Positions 51,101 to 63,839 of a stretch of 64,000 nt of DNA are shown one piece after another (positions within the stretch are counted from its first letter, which is position 1; each line of letters starts with the position of its first letter). Location of the stretch: positions 220,805 to 284,804 of the forward strand of contig NMRA01000425.1 in NCBI GenBank assembly GCA_002633005.1, in the 5' to 3' direction. The DNA is from Phoronis australis (Eukaryota; Animalia; Phoronida). The position numbers and the translations under genes are program-made. The notes under the pieces are model-generated. The model was not told the DNA's origin. It made no database searches and saw only the letters and a list, made by a program, of their open reading frames with translations.

Positions 51101-54100
51101 TGGAAAACGACAAGGCAGTGGATATCCGAGTTAAAGAACCGGCGGACTGAGCAATTTTCCATTGCAACACCATGGAAGCATTCTTTTTTAAAATCGAATG
51201 GATACTTAGGAACACTTACTATGCTGTGTTATCTTCCTTCTGTATTTTGAGTATATGCTCAGTTGTGTTCACGAAGAAATCTGAGGTCGCATTGATAACC
51301 CGCAGGTCACCAAATAGAACCTTGCGGGGATTGTTGTGAAACTGTTTCCTAATTAAGTAATTAAACTTTTAACTATGGTACTGGCTTACGCATTCTATTC
51401 ACCAACTGGCACAGAGGCATGTATTCTGTTTTTCATCTTCTAAGCTAATCTATCTAAACAAGATCAGTTGCATCTACAAGTTAGTTGTTGCAACATCAAA
51501 CTTCCATTTCCAACTCAGTCTGTAATGAACTTGGTTTGTAGTAGCAGTAACAGCTTACATATCACTTCTCAAAAAAACAAACAATTTCAGACCTAATTTT
51601 CATGAACTAAATCTTTGATTGGCCTGTGTAACACACCAAAACATCCCACTTTGACATTTAAGCGTGTAAACACCCCTCAGTAGTACATATACGTGACCAC
51701 TGCCATCTACTGGAAGAATCAAAAAAATCCAAGGCACCAACCGACTGAGGTAGTGGCAGGCATCGTATCCTCATCCTACACTGTCCGTTGGGTGTGGTGA
51801 CCTCGACCAATCCCTGCTCAATCACTCCACCACCATCTTCGTCTTCATCCTTACTGTTCGCATTATCTAGCCTCTTTCTCAGCACTACATTTTCACCCTC
51901 AATAGCCTCATTGACCATGTCTACCTTCCGTGGTGGTACAACAGTTTCACGAAAGGGCACGATCAGAGATGAGACGTTGATATCAATCTTTGCATATCTG
52001 GGATAAAATCAATAGTGAACAAGACCAATGCCTCGTGAATACAATAAATGCTTTCAACGAACAGAGAAACATTTTTAACATTTCTTTATGTATCATTATT
52101 CTAGAAATATAATATTTATTATCGTTGGCAGAATTGGCAAAGCAATGCAGAGGAATAGAGGTGGAAAGCCCACACTTTTGCGTTAATTCTTACTGAAACT
52201 ACAAGACCCCTCTTAACACATTTCAGCTGTAATTACTATTTCCCAGTATCTTACTAACTATGCATGCAACAACAGTGAGTTGACCTAGTCAGTTACTAAC
52301 TACGCGTGCAACAACAGTGAGTTGACCTAGTCAGTAACTAACTATGCATGCAACAACAGTGAGTTGACCTAGTCAGTTACTAACTATGCATGCAACAGTG
52401 AGTTGACCTAGTCAGTTACTAACTATGCGTGCAACAACAGTGAGCTGACCTAGTCAGTTACTAACTATGCGTGCAACAACAGTGAGCTAACCTAGTCAGC
52501 CCAACAATGAAATTCCTATATACTGCATTTTGCACTTACTTTCATTGAGCGCACACAATGTCCAACTAAGAAATGAACACGCTTATTGTGTTGGCTCAAC
52601 AAATGTAAATGCTGAAACAGGGTGCAGTGAAACTCATCATTGGGCCAATGATGTCACATTACTGTTGCTGCATGCACAGTTACTAACAAACCGAGCAACA
52701 GTAAATATAGCTGAAACATGTCTCTAGTATAAGGCCAGAGAAAATAGGATAATTGGATCTGGTAAGAGCCAGATTCATTTTGAAACATGTACCTCACTGT
52801 TTAAAGAAAAATACAATCACCAGTCTCATTTTTCATGATTAGAATTTTTTCAAATTAAAGCTACACACACATAGAAACGCCAGTTTTATTGGCTTCGCAA
52901 CTCAGTGACAATCACCTCTTTCATAACATTACTTGAAAATAAGAACAAGTGTTGAAAGGTAAATAACATTGTATTCCGACCCATTTCAGCTGGCATTAGG
53001 TGACTTTGTTCTCGAAAGTTCATCACTGCTTCAATTTTCAAAAAATCCAGAGACCAGAACCAATTTGGCTTTTTGGACAAAGCAAGATATTGTATTTTCA
53101 GACAAGACAACTCTAAGCAAATAGGTTTTCCACTTTGAAGCAGTCACGTTTGCACTCTTCGTAACAGCGTACCTCTCCCGCAGGTCCTTACAGCACCTCT
53201 GGAGGTGCACCTCCCCAGCGGCGATGACAACGTGTTCGCCCGTCTCCTGAACCAACACCTGAACACACGAGTCAGCCTGGTTCAGTAACCTCATGCCGAG
53301 AATCAGCTTGGAGATATCACCTGTCGGAGGACAATCGTGACAAGAACAATGGCCACACAAAAGCCAAAGCAAGACATCGCACGCAAACTACAAATGACCT
53401 TAAGTTACTAAAAGCCTATTAGTAATTCCATTTTTATTGCTTAGCCAGACAACCAGGAGAAAATGCAGCTTCAATGAACCTGAGAGGAAGACCAGTATTT
53501 GTAGAGATGCCATTCCTAACTATGACGCCATTAACATTGGATTAAGATGAGTTCAACACTTGATTAAAAGTACCCAGCATACTAGGCTGCATAATGATTC
53601 GCATTTGCCCGTTGGTTTTGCCTCCCCGATTCTATCACTTTGATACCAATCTTGCTAGTTTCTGAATCCACACACTCACATTTCTTTATCATTAATGTCA
53701 TTTTGTTAAAGACAGTATCACTATTTAGGCTGTATATAAATCAGTGACTTCCTTAATAAGACCACGAGTTATTAGCTATCGCATCTGTATTGATTTGTAT
53801 GCATATAAACTGTACAGTTGGTGGCACAGAAAAAGATGATCTTGCATTAATACAAAATGGCAGGTTTGAACAACAACGTTGTCTTAGGGAAAGTTGACCT
53901 AAACTTTCCTGCCCCTGACATTTTCAGACAGTAATTTTCAAGTGCACATGAGGCGATTCTTTGACAAACGATTATGCAACAGCTGAGTAAGAAATAAGCG
54001 CTGCACGCTTAAGTTCATTCTTCACTTATTTGTACAAAAATGACATAATGGTCATTTTTCTATTTTTCAAAGGCCAACTACCTTGTTGCAAATTCAACAA

Positions 54101-57100
54101 ATTTTCCAAAATAACGTTGTTTTGTGACACTTGCACAATACAAACCAAGAAAATAACGGACGTTCTCTCAATATCTTTTTTCACAAAAACTTCACTTTGC
54201 TACATTGTGTGCTAAACAGATGAAGAATTACAGCAGTCACAGAGTTACTAACACCCAGTCACAGAGTTACCAACACCCAGTCACAGAGTTACTAACACCC
54301 AGTCACAGAGTTACTAACACCCAGTCACAGAGTTACTAACACCCAGTCACAGAGTTACTAAAACCCAGTCACAAGAGTTACTAACACCCAAAACTGATTT
54401 GAGCACCTCTTAGCTGCTTACTCAACTCACCTGCATTGACTGGCTCTATGGCAACCCTGACAATGGGAGAAGCCTCGAAGTACATGTCCGTGAAGGCTGG
54501 ACAGGCCACAGTGCTAGAGAGAGTGGCCGACTTGAGCACGTGGTCATCTAGGCCTCGGATACCTACCAATAGGGGGTAGGTTTCACATAGAGTTCACTAG
54601 TTTACTATGATCTTATTTCAGTGTTTTGGACCCAGCCAAATCAAATAAAAATGCCAAATTATTAATAATTTGACCAGATTTACGCAGCACTGTAAATTAC
54701 TGAGCACTTGACAGAATTCTGAGAACAACTGAGCGAACATTTTTCATGTCTTCAAAACGTACTCAATTACAGAATATTGTTCTACTCACAAAGTGCAACC
54801 AAGCTAGTTTTGACCTCCTAATCACATAGAACACATTTCCAAACGAGAAATTTTGGAGTGCTTGACCCTGCATAGTCGAACAGTTTAGCAACTTGAGAAG
54901 CATTTAAAACAGGGTTTTGTCTTAAAGGCACACTCTTAAGGTTAATTACTCAGAACTTATAAGCACTTGGGAAGTTGTACGCATTAAAAAAGAACTTCTT
55001 AAGACCAGTGCAAAAGGTGACCATCAGCACATTCTACAAATAGATGCTCTCAACACATCCTGTGACATCATTCTCAGACAGTCAAAACATGCTGTAAGAT
55101 AATCTGCATGTAGTAGTTCAGTTGTCAGTAATTGACCATTGAACAATGGCAATAGTCAATATATCAAGGTTAGTGAATTTCTCCGTCATATTTGTTTTGT
55201 GTATAACTAAGTAAATGACCTATCGCAAGCTCCGCCCCCTTTGCGAAAAGTCGTGTGACACACGACAAACAAAAAAGTTTTACCCGAAAATTTGTTGTTT
55301 GTCAGGAAAAATGGCGGCTTGGAAACGAATGTGTGTCAAGAATGCTGTTGATGAGCCGTCACTCAAAATCCTGGAGACAGGTCAATTCAGGAATTGAGAT
55401 AGATACTCAGTTGTCTGTGAATGATATCAGTTTAACCCATATACCACAATGTTGAAGCCCAGTTGTTTAAATATAATAGATTTGATCTGATAAGACAATA
55501 AGTGCAGACTGGAGGTCAACTTGCCTAATACATAGCAGTGTAGTCAGGCAGTGCAGACAGGCAGTGTAGTCAGGCAGTGTAGTCAGACAGTGTAGTCAGG
55601 CAGTGTAGTCAGACAGTGTAGTCAGGCAGTGTAGTCAGACAGTGTAGTCAGGCAGTGTAGCCAGGCANATATCAAGGTTAGTGAATTTGTCCGTCATATT
55701 TGTTTTGTGTATAACTAAGTAATTGACCTATCGCAAGCTCCGCCTCCTTGCGAAAAGTCGCGTGACACACGACAAACAAAAAGTTTTACTCGAAAATTTG
55801 TTGTTTGTCGGGTAAAATGGCGGCTTGGAAACGAATGTGTGTCAAGAATGCTGTTGTTAAGCAGTCACTCAAAATCCTGGAGACAGGTCAATTCAGGAAT
55901 TTTTGACATAGATACTCAGTTGTCTGTGAATGATATGTGTTTAACCCATATACCAGAAAGTTAAAGCCCAGTTGTTTAAATTTAATAGATTTGATCTGAT
56001 AAGACAATAAGTGCAGACTGGAGGTCAACTTGCCTAATACATAGCAGTGTAGTCAGGCAGTGTAGCCAGGCAGTGTAGTCAGGCAGTGTAGTCAGACAGT
56101 GTAGTCAGGCAGTGTAGTCAGGCAGTGTAGCCCTAATAGATGTTTACTCAGAGCAGACACTAGGTTCTTGCGTAATATGTTTCTGGAGCCAATACCTCTC
56201 CTCAGGCAGAACTTTCACACACTATGTCTAAGAATGCTGTCAGCATCAACTCCCTGTATTTCCATACAGAGTTCACAGAAACTGTGACCGAATGTACGGA
56301 TTTCGCTTTCTTCTCATTCAAAGTTTTATCTTGATAGAGACCCACAAATTTGGTAAATATTGGGTAGCATCCATTTAAACATAATCACATTATAGTAGTC
56401 TGCAGAAAGTTCACAACTAAAAATTGACCAAGTCTTACCCAGAACATTTCCAGCTGGTACATGGTCTAACTCCTCCAACTCTCGCCCCATGAACAGGTAC
56501 ATGTCCTGTACTACCACAGTGGTGATATGCTGGACACTGGTCAGACTGGACACAGTGAGGGAAGGGTCAATCGTGTGACCATCATGGACCTGGAGAGATG
56601 GAGTGGACATTGATGTTTACAAATAGGAGCGACAGAGGCTGTTCTAACCAATCGCATTTTCAATGATTTGACAAAACAATATGATAACAAACATAAAATG
56701 GGTGAAAGACAAAGAAAAATAAAAGAAAGAATCTACAGTACCGTATATATGAAACAAAATCAAAAAGCCATAATGAGGACAGTATTTAAGAGTTTCAAAA
56801 TTTAATTTGAACAACTTCTTTTTTTAACTAGAACTAACGTCAATTGTATTTCAAATTAATTACTATATCGACTTACGTTGAACTGGTGATAATAAGTTCA
56901 AATTTTACTTACAAGAGATTCTCTGAACAGTGACTTTCTAAGACCACTCTGAGGTGATGGCATGTTACAACTATTGTTAAAATCTCTTGGTCTATTTACA
57001 CTGACCTCTTGTCTATTTACAAGAGGTCGGTGTAAATAGACCAAGAGATTTTAATAATAATCCTCACAACAACACATGTAATACTGCTGAGATTATTCAG

Positions 57101-60100
57101 CATGAACACGTTGAGAAAGCACACCTGTTTTAGGGCTACTGCAGGGTCATGTTTCGGTCCCAAGACATAGACTCTCTGCCCCTTGCGCAGGGTTCCACTG
57201 TAAATTCGGGCGAAAGCCACGAAAACGTGATCCTTGTCCTCCTCTCCACTAACGTGTTCATCGTCTCTTCCCGAGTCAATAGGGACGATCGCTTGATTGC
57301 CTACAAAAAAGTATTTGATTGGTTAACCAAAGGAAAGCGCAGCTACATACATTGTGTAAACCAATAGACAGAAAATGCCAAAAGAGGGAGACCATGTCAA
57401 TGCCACATACATTTCCGTGTTTTAAATCCATCCAAATCAACAGAAAGGCTCAAGAGTAGACATTCAAGCACAAGCAAACATTTGTTTGAAAATTTACTCA
57501 ATGCAAAACCAGGGATCATGTTTAGCAACGCGCATTCCTAAAAAAATCATTTTCAGCCAAGGAGTGCATTTAATCAGAGAAAAATCTGTTGTGTGCAAAG
57601 TTGAAACAAGATTTGTTCCAATTCTTGTAAGAAATGTAAGCCATTGGTTAATACAGATGTACAACAAAATTGGACGACTCAAATAAAATATGAAGAAAAG
57701 CTGTCAGTAGTACAAAACAGAAAACCTTGGTCACTTTGCACTGACTGAGCAAGGTATCCAAGATGTATTACATGCACTACATATCGTATTACTGAATCAC
57801 TCTGTAATCACCATGTGATTATCTTGTTAAACAATATTCCCCCAAAAATTAGAATCCGTAATGCCGTTCTCATCACAAAAGTAGTTGGATTTAGTTCAAA
57901 ATTGTCTAGCTTCATCAAATTTTGATGAAAATCCAAAAGGCAAACAAATGAAAAATAACAGTAAACTGCTTGGAAATTCACCAAAATGCGTTGCTTCGAA
58001 ATCTTGTCCATTTTCGACGAGAGGGATTTTGTGGACTGTGTAACAATCCTAACCATTCGCCTATGGAATGTGGTGTCACCTACCATCATCAGCAGTTGGT
58101 TTAGCGGCCATTAGGTTGGCATGTCTCTCCCGTGCAATCTCACGGCGATGAGCTAGGTCTTCAACCGTCAGTGGCCTACGAATGAAACCAAATAACTTCT
58201 GATATTCTCCTGTCGTTCAAATGTTGAAAACCAGTGAAAGACGTGGACATGCAAAATTACACAGCTACAAAAACTTACATTAGGTGAAGGATGACTGCGA
58301 TTTCATTTCCCAGAATTCCCCCAAGTACCAACATGCAATACGGACATGCACAGAGCAAACCATTCTTTAAAGCCCTAGTGCGGTCAAGAAAAGTACAAGC
58401 ACCCTAGAGGAATTCCGGGAATACATAAAGACAGTCATCCTTCACTTATAGTAAGATCTGTGGAATTTTATTCCTTTTCCCAGAATTCCCCCTAGTACCA
58501 ACATGAGATACGGAAATGCGCAGAGTACACAATTAATATATGGACATTTTTTCCAGTGGGAAGACATGAGAGATGTGGACATGCACAGATCAAACCATTA
58601 CACGGATATTCTTTCTAGGGGGAAGTCGTGTTTTTCTATGCTCATCCTTGTGCCTATCATCAACTTTATGCATTAATTACTTGCTTGCCAATGTGCCTTC
58701 TGAGCTCAACTTTCAAGTCCCACATTGGTACTTGGGGGAATTCTGGGAAGGGATACTACTAAAGAAGTATTAAAGCAATTTAATTCGAGTCACTAGAGCC
58801 ACTGTTATTACCATTTCTAAGCTAAAGCCATTACATTTACAACACAAGAATGCCATTCTAGTTACAAAATAATTCATAACATTACATCTAGTTTTCCTCA
58901 ATTGCTCTTAACATTGGTGTCCATTCCTGCAAAAAAATACTCGGCCTAATATATCCAGGCGATACCTTTGTTTATTCTGAGGGAGCATCTTCCGATCGAC
59001 AGCAACCATCTTAGACACAAACACAATGACTGGGCTTTCCTCTGAAGGGTTACAAGCCAGGAAATCTGAAATTGAAGCACACAATCTGTATAACAATATA
59101 GACAGAATGAAAATAAAGACCCGAGACAGTGTTACGTGTTGCGGGAATATACTGTCGTTCTTACTGAAATTCAATAATAAGATGACAGTATGTTCCCGTG
59201 TTATGCATTTGTTCAGCAGAGTAGTTGCCAGTCTCAAGCGAGACGAAGTACAAGACAAATTTATTGTTCATATAACAATGTCATGTGACTTGAAAGCAAT
59301 ATTTATTATTATTCACTTTTGTTTATTTTTCTTACTACTATTATTTTCAGAAGACGATACTTAAACTGATCTGACTGACAAATTTGATGGAATGCTTGTA
59401 ACTTTAAGCCATTTACAATGGACAAAAATAAAAAAACGCCTACGATTAGCATGAAAAATCAGAAAGGCAATATTAATTATAACAGAAGCAAATAGACTAT
59501 CAAAAGAGCGAGAACTTCAACACCATTTTAAACTGACTAAAACAAACAAAATTATTCCCCATCACGACGGATCGGCGGAAGCAGAATTCATCGTCGGAGT
59601 AAGCGTCCCTCGGCAACAGAGAAGAGTAACTTAACAGGAAAGTTAGTAATGTGACTGAACCATTTCATAGTAGGAACTTTGTCTACATAATAGTCATTAG
59701 GGCTGTTCCAGTAAAATCCGTGTGGGAGGGGGGGGGGGACGGCAGTAGAAATAAAAATTCATGGGNNNNNNNNNNNNNNNNNNNNNNNNNNNNNNNNNNN
59801 NNNNNNNNNNNNNNNNNNNNNNNNNNNNNNNNNNNNNNNNNNNNNNNNNNNNNNNNNNNNNNNNNNNNNNNNNNNNNNNNNNNNNNNNNNNNNNNNNNNN
59901 NNNNNNNNNNNNNNNNNNNNNNNNNNNNNNNNNNNNNNNNNNNNNNNNNNNNNNNNNNNNNNNNNNNNNNNNNNNNNNNNNNNNNNNNNNNNNNNNNNNN
60001 NNNNNNNNNNNNNNNNNNNNNNNNNNNNNNNNNNNNNNNNNNNNNNNNNNNNNNCTCTGTGATCGACTGCACATCAACGTCTCGATACGTTCGGGGACCA

Positions 60101-63100
60101 TTTGCAGAGGAGAGGGAAGATGGTGGACCACCATGGCTGAGGCAGAGAAGATGTAGTAACTATATGTCAATTAACAATGTAATGTTCTAAAAGGAAGTTT
60201 AAAAGCAATCCCAGTATTTTGTGTTGGCTTAAGAACAGGTGATTCTTGGAATTACACAGGAAAGAGATCTGTAAATGGTCCAAGTACTGTTTACTTGCTG
60301 TACCTGAATGTATTTTTGGAAACGCACACACAGCTCGGCCATAAATAACCATTCATGTTTAATTAAAAGTGCACCATACAATTTGCGCCTCCATTTAATT
60401 AACCTTAATGAATGTTAAAACATTTCCTTCCATTTATTGGCTCATGATTCAGTTTAATGCTCTCTTTATGCTACTTAGTGTAATTTTATTTTGTTTTCAC
60501 TGAAACGTTTCCATCCAATAATTCATGTAGAAAGAACAACATCAGTCACTGTTAGCCTTTGAAAACGGCGATTACGTATTCAATATGAATTCTTCTAGCG
60601 ACACCAAAAATTTTGCAAACCAGAAGTTTTAAGTCCAACAAAGACTTTTCACATGATAAGTAACAAAATGCAATTCTGTTCCACTTCCTGTGGTGCCACG
60701 GTGCTAACCCGATACTGGACAGGTGAAATTCACCTCCGGTTTGTAGATCCACGCTGGTGCAGCATGTGCACAGTTTTTGACCTTAAGCAAGCTTATCCAA
60801 CAGGATGACGATTTTGTCCCACTTTTTTGCTTTTTTTTGCTATGTTTGAAAACCCGCAAGTAGACTATTTGAAACACTTCTCAATCCACGAACACAAACT
60901 GGTCACGTGATGCAAAGACACGTATGAGCCCGAAACACAGCTGAGGGTATTACCTAGGACAGCTTTCGATAGGGGGAGCCACTGACTGCACATGGCCTGT
61001 AGTTGAACTCGGCCATCGGCGTGTCGAGCATCGCGACTATTAATCTTAATGCTGAGCGATGACAGAATCTTTTCAGTTTTCTCCTTGTCCCTTTAACAAT
61101 ATGCAACATTATAGGTAGACAGGAATATGCACAATTCAAAACATTTGGACAGCACGGAGCATATGACAAACTTTGCCCTTTATTGACTGCACTGGACAGC
61201 ATTCTTATAAACGGCTTTTTCTCATAAAGAACAATACTTCTGTAATCAATTTCTCACGTGCTGCAAATTCGTTCTTTAAAGCAGACGTCTTTCCCCATGA
61301 ACAACCTATAACTTTGCTCTATGATCAGCAGGCATATATATGTATATGTATATGTAAATATATATATAAATGTATTTGTATATATGCATACATATAGTAA
61401 TTAAATATATATACACACATATACACACATACAGAGCATGTGTTTGACCCTATGTAGGATACACTTGGTACAATATAATATCACACCAGTGACAATGCTA
61501 CAGCTGAGTGTAACTGAAGTTGATGATGAAAGAAGCATCATCAAAACAACACAAGTGTCGTACGTGGAAATAAAGCTGGTGAGAATGTATTCAGAACAAA
61601 GCACTGTTAGTGAGACTGTCTTATATCTAACGATTCATGAGGAAGGAAGATTGTCCACTATCATTTTCAAACCAGGGGGTTTGAGACTATGACCGATAAC
61701 TCCGTTTATAAGAAAATTAATGCAAAATGTCATTGACAATGTAACATTTGACAAGACTGTGAGGTGGATTGGGAAGTTAAATCCCGCAAGGTCCAAGCTG
61801 CATCCCATAGTTTTACATTTGCAACTTCAACAGGTTTAGCAGAGGTCAGGCCACATGCAGATTTTTCACAAGGGAGCCATGGAAATCTAATTACTGGCAC
61901 CAATCACTGAATTATCATGACCAAAATGTAATGAATCAGACATATATGAACTGGACTATCTTGTGCACTCGAAATCATCTGATATGTCACCAACACACTC
62001 AAACCACGTCATTATGTTGCGACACTCAACAAGTAAAACCCCCATTATAAGTGCTGAAGAACAGAAGCATTTGTGCAGAGGATTTAATAATTTATACAGA
62101 TGATTTAGTGCTCAGAAATGATTTTCCTCGCTTTACTACCATAATGCATTCTACTGACATGACCTGATGTTTGCATTGACGATTTATGTTTGAGTATATG
62201 ATGCTGCCGATCTAAGAAAGACTCAACTGTTCAATCAAATGACTTCATGCATCTGGCTGTCTAGTAACTTTGAATTTCCGTTACCATGATGACAATTCTA
62301 ATTATAAACATAGGCCTCACCTGTACAGGTACATGGCATCATAGACGGACCAGAGATTCTCCAGAATAAACTGGACAAACAATGGCTTCTTAGCTTTTGA
62401 CTGTAAAGCAGACACAATGGAAATGAGGATTAGTGACGACCGATGGAGTAGGGGTTCTGTTATCTGCGGAATGGTCATTGCTTAGAGAAGACATTATAAA
62501 TCAGTATTTATCTCACGATATCTATTAAGCGATACTTGCTTTAAGGGTTGCACAAAGAAAAACCACAGGGTAGGTTCCTGTAAATCTTGGCAGTCTGCAC
62601 ATATTACGGATGAGAAACAAAAGTGTTATATTTCGAATTCTCACAAATGCGCATTCTACTTTCTCTTAACACCACACAATATCCATAAGTAAAAAAACTC
62701 TTTAAGGTATACTACTATCATCTGCACAACACACACGTTTACATGATGTGTTGCTATTGGCAACACGCCACACTTGTCATTTCCTCCAATACCTGTGCTC
62801 CTTTCATAATCCTCTTTGTCTTTGTGTTAAGATAGTAATCGCCCCAAAGGGTCTTCAGAAGAACTGCCTCACTCAATCCAAGTTTGCTGGCATACAGTTT
62901 GGCAAAGTGGTCGATGCTGAAAATTATGGTGTACAGAATGATAGTCACCACAAGACATAAGAAAGCCCACTGAGTGGCACAGAAACATTTATACTGAAGA
63001 TTTATAAAGATTCAGCAAAATTATAGCCTAGTGGTTAGCACAGCTAACCATGTTGAGAGCTTCGAACAACCACAACTAACTTTTCCAGGAGTAACGGTTG

Positions 63101-63839
63101 TGTCCTACTTTGATTTAAATTCACATTAATCGCATCAAAAATTCCTCACCATTCATATTGCATTTGAAGAATTATTTTTAAGTGTAGATTAAGTTTAGCA
63201 ATACCCTTATGTAGTCATTTTACATTTCCCTGGTTAGATTCAGCCACAACGGAAAAAGTCGAGGAAACTCAACGATTGCTAATTCGATCCTCACAAAATA
63301 TTGTTGACAGCATTGCTTTACACCACCAGAACAAACCAACAATCGCTTGAGTTTATATTGAAATTATTCACATGCTAGCATACCTAAAGCCCCATCCATC
63401 AATGGAACTGGCAAAGACCACATTACCCAGGTCAGGTGAAAAGTACAGATGTTCGTCCTCAGCCTCCTCGATACCTGTGCTCCAGTCATACACCTGATCT
63501 GAGCACTTGAGCTCATCCTGGATACTGTTGCTAGGCGGTGGGTCACCTGAGAGGTCACCGACAGTCTCCTGCACAGAAATATCATAGCAAGACTTCACAT
63601 AATATATATTCTGAATATTTTCCCAAAATTGTACAATGAGACCAATAAGAAGACATGATGTTACTACCTGATTAATCATATAATTTAATTTATTGCAAAA
63701 GGCCACGAGACATGTTTAATGGTATGAATCAATCCATGTTCAGCACCTAGTAGGAAATCATATGGCTCAAATAAATACTTACACCAGAAAACTTTTCCAT
63801 GAAGTCAGAAGTAAACAGCTCTCCTGTGATTGCATTTAT
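45003..63839 (-). CDS. EFL1: Elongation factor-like GTPase 1 (EFL1/EFTUD1/Ria1), multi-exon gene, 5' part outside the window
   Basis: Fifteen exons with GT-AG boundaries and compatible phases were traced by hand; one runs into the gap at 59766-60054. The translation is collinear with EFL1 and ends in [30 protein letters not shown]...[10 protein letters not shown]. Confidence 0.96.
45525..45590 (+). pseudogene. Degenerate tRNA-like sequence (SINE head or tRNA pseudogene)
   Basis: tagctc...agagcg D-arm-like and gttcgaatgc T-loop-like blocks at tRNA spacing, but the arms pair poorly. Confidence 0.35.
46878..47038. repeat. Minisatellite, 27-bp unit x6, in the last EFL1 intron
   Basis: Unit gaccaccaaacaaatctcacagacgca; explains the repetitive ORFs at 46766-47143. 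Confidence 0.93.
47424..47608 (-). CDS. EFL1: EFL1 exon ([14 protein letters not shown]...[31 protein letters not shown])
   Basis: Domain V LPV-ESFGF and TSG-ASPQL-FSHWE motifs with cag/gtgagt boundaries. Confidence 0.95.
48676..49423. repeat. Minisatellite, ~49-bp unit that includes the EFL1 exon end and splice donor; spans an N gap
   Basis: Unit tcccctcattcaagtccccccacattctactcacccagtacgtcagccg. Confidence 0.9.
49407..50268 (-). CDS. EFL1: EFL1 large exon (VTNLLDKN...[14 protein letters not shown]...[20 protein letters not shown]...YGPMSGQIM...[19 protein letters not shown])
   Basis: Domain IV motifs with ttttttccag/gtgagt boundaries. Confidence 0.95.
51742..51997 (-). CDS. EFL1: EFL1 exon ([22 protein letters not shown]...RCLPLPQS)
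   Basis: IVPFRET motif with ccag/gttggt boundaries; phases compatible. Confidence 0.9.
52251..52499. repeat. Minisatellite, 42-bp unit x6
   Basis: Unit ttactaactatgcatgcaacaacagtgagttgacctagtcag. Confidence 0.93.
53173..53320 (-). CDS. EFL1: EFL1 exon ([48 protein letters not shown])
   Basis: Domain [24 protein letters not shown] motifs, AG/GT boundaries. Confidence 0.94.
54234..54390. repeat. Minisatellite, 22-bp unit x7
   Basis: Unit cagtcacagagttactaacacc. Confidence 0.93.
54431..54562 (-). CDS. EFL1: EFL1 exon ([43 protein letters not shown])
   Basis: VLKSATL and PIVRVAIEP motifs with tag/gtgagt boundaries. Confidence 0.93.
55160..56131. repeat. ~500-bp tandem duplication, each copy ending in a 14-bp cagtgtagtcagg array
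   Basis: Copies at ~55160-55667 and ~55669-56131 are joined by a single N at 55668. Confidence 0.88.
56439..56589 (-). CDS. EFL1: EFL1 exon (VHDGH...[21 protein letters not shown])
   Basis: YL-MGRELE-L--VP-GNV motif with cag/gtaaga boundaries. Confidence 0.92.
56972..57059. repeat. 88-nt near-perfect palindrome (41-bp arms, 6-nt loop)
   Basis: tattgttaaaatctcttggtctatttacactgacctcttgt-ctattt-acaagaggtcggtgtaaatagaccaagagattttaataata, with two mismatches. Confidence 0.9.
57125..57300 (-). CDS. EFL1: EFL1 exon (NQAIVP...[33 protein letters not shown])
   Basis: AFARIYSG and VLGPK motifs with ttttttgtag/gtgtgc boundaries. Confidence 0.92.
58084..58175 (-). CDS. EFL1: EFL1 exon ([30 protein letters not shown])
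   Basis: Resembles the EFL1-specific domain II insertion (PLT-EE---RRE-AR-RHA), with tag/gtaggt boundaries. Confidence 0.85.
58966..59065 (-). CDS. EFL1: EFL1 exon ([32 protein letters not shown])
   Basis: PVIVFVSKM motif at the start of domain II, AG/GT boundaries. Confidence 0.9.
60055..60136 (-). CDS. EFL1: EFL1 exon, 3' end lost in the assembly gap ([27 protein letters not shown])
   Basis: LPSP motif, acceptor ttctctgcctcag, runs into the N gap. Confidence 0.88.
60954..61090 (-). CDS. EFL1: EFL1 exon ([45 protein letters not shown])
   Basis: SQWLP motif with aag/gtaata boundaries; translated by hand. Confidence 0.9.
61334..61432. repeat. TA/TG/CA low-complexity microsatellite
   Basis: Seen directly in the sequence. 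Confidence 0.85.
62321..62400 (-). CDS. EFL1: EFL1 exon ([26 protein letters not shown])
   Basis: KPLFVQ-ILEN-W motif with cag/gtgagg boundaries. Not in the ORF track; translated by hand. Confidence 0.9.
62793..62916 (-). CDS. EFL1: EFL1 exon ([41 protein letters not shown])
   Basis: LWGDYY motif, AG/GT boundaries, phases match neighbouring exons. Confidence 0.92.
63384..63568 (-). CDS. EFL1: EFL1 exon (ETVGD...[37 protein letters not shown])
   Basis: Conserved YFSP-GNVVF-S-IDGWGF motif with cag/gtatgc boundaries. Confidence 0.92.
63783..63839 (-). CDS. EFL1: EFL1 exon ([19 protein letters not shown])
   Basis: ttttcag acceptor and gtaagt donor, 57 nt, phase 0-0. Resembles the EFL1 G-domain segment INALTGTLFTS. 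Confidence 0.85.

Noticed and set aside
55160-56131. ~500-bp tandem duplication in an EFL1 intron
   Set aside because: The copies meet at a single N and differ by scattered SNPs and array length, most consistent with two alleles assembled side by side.
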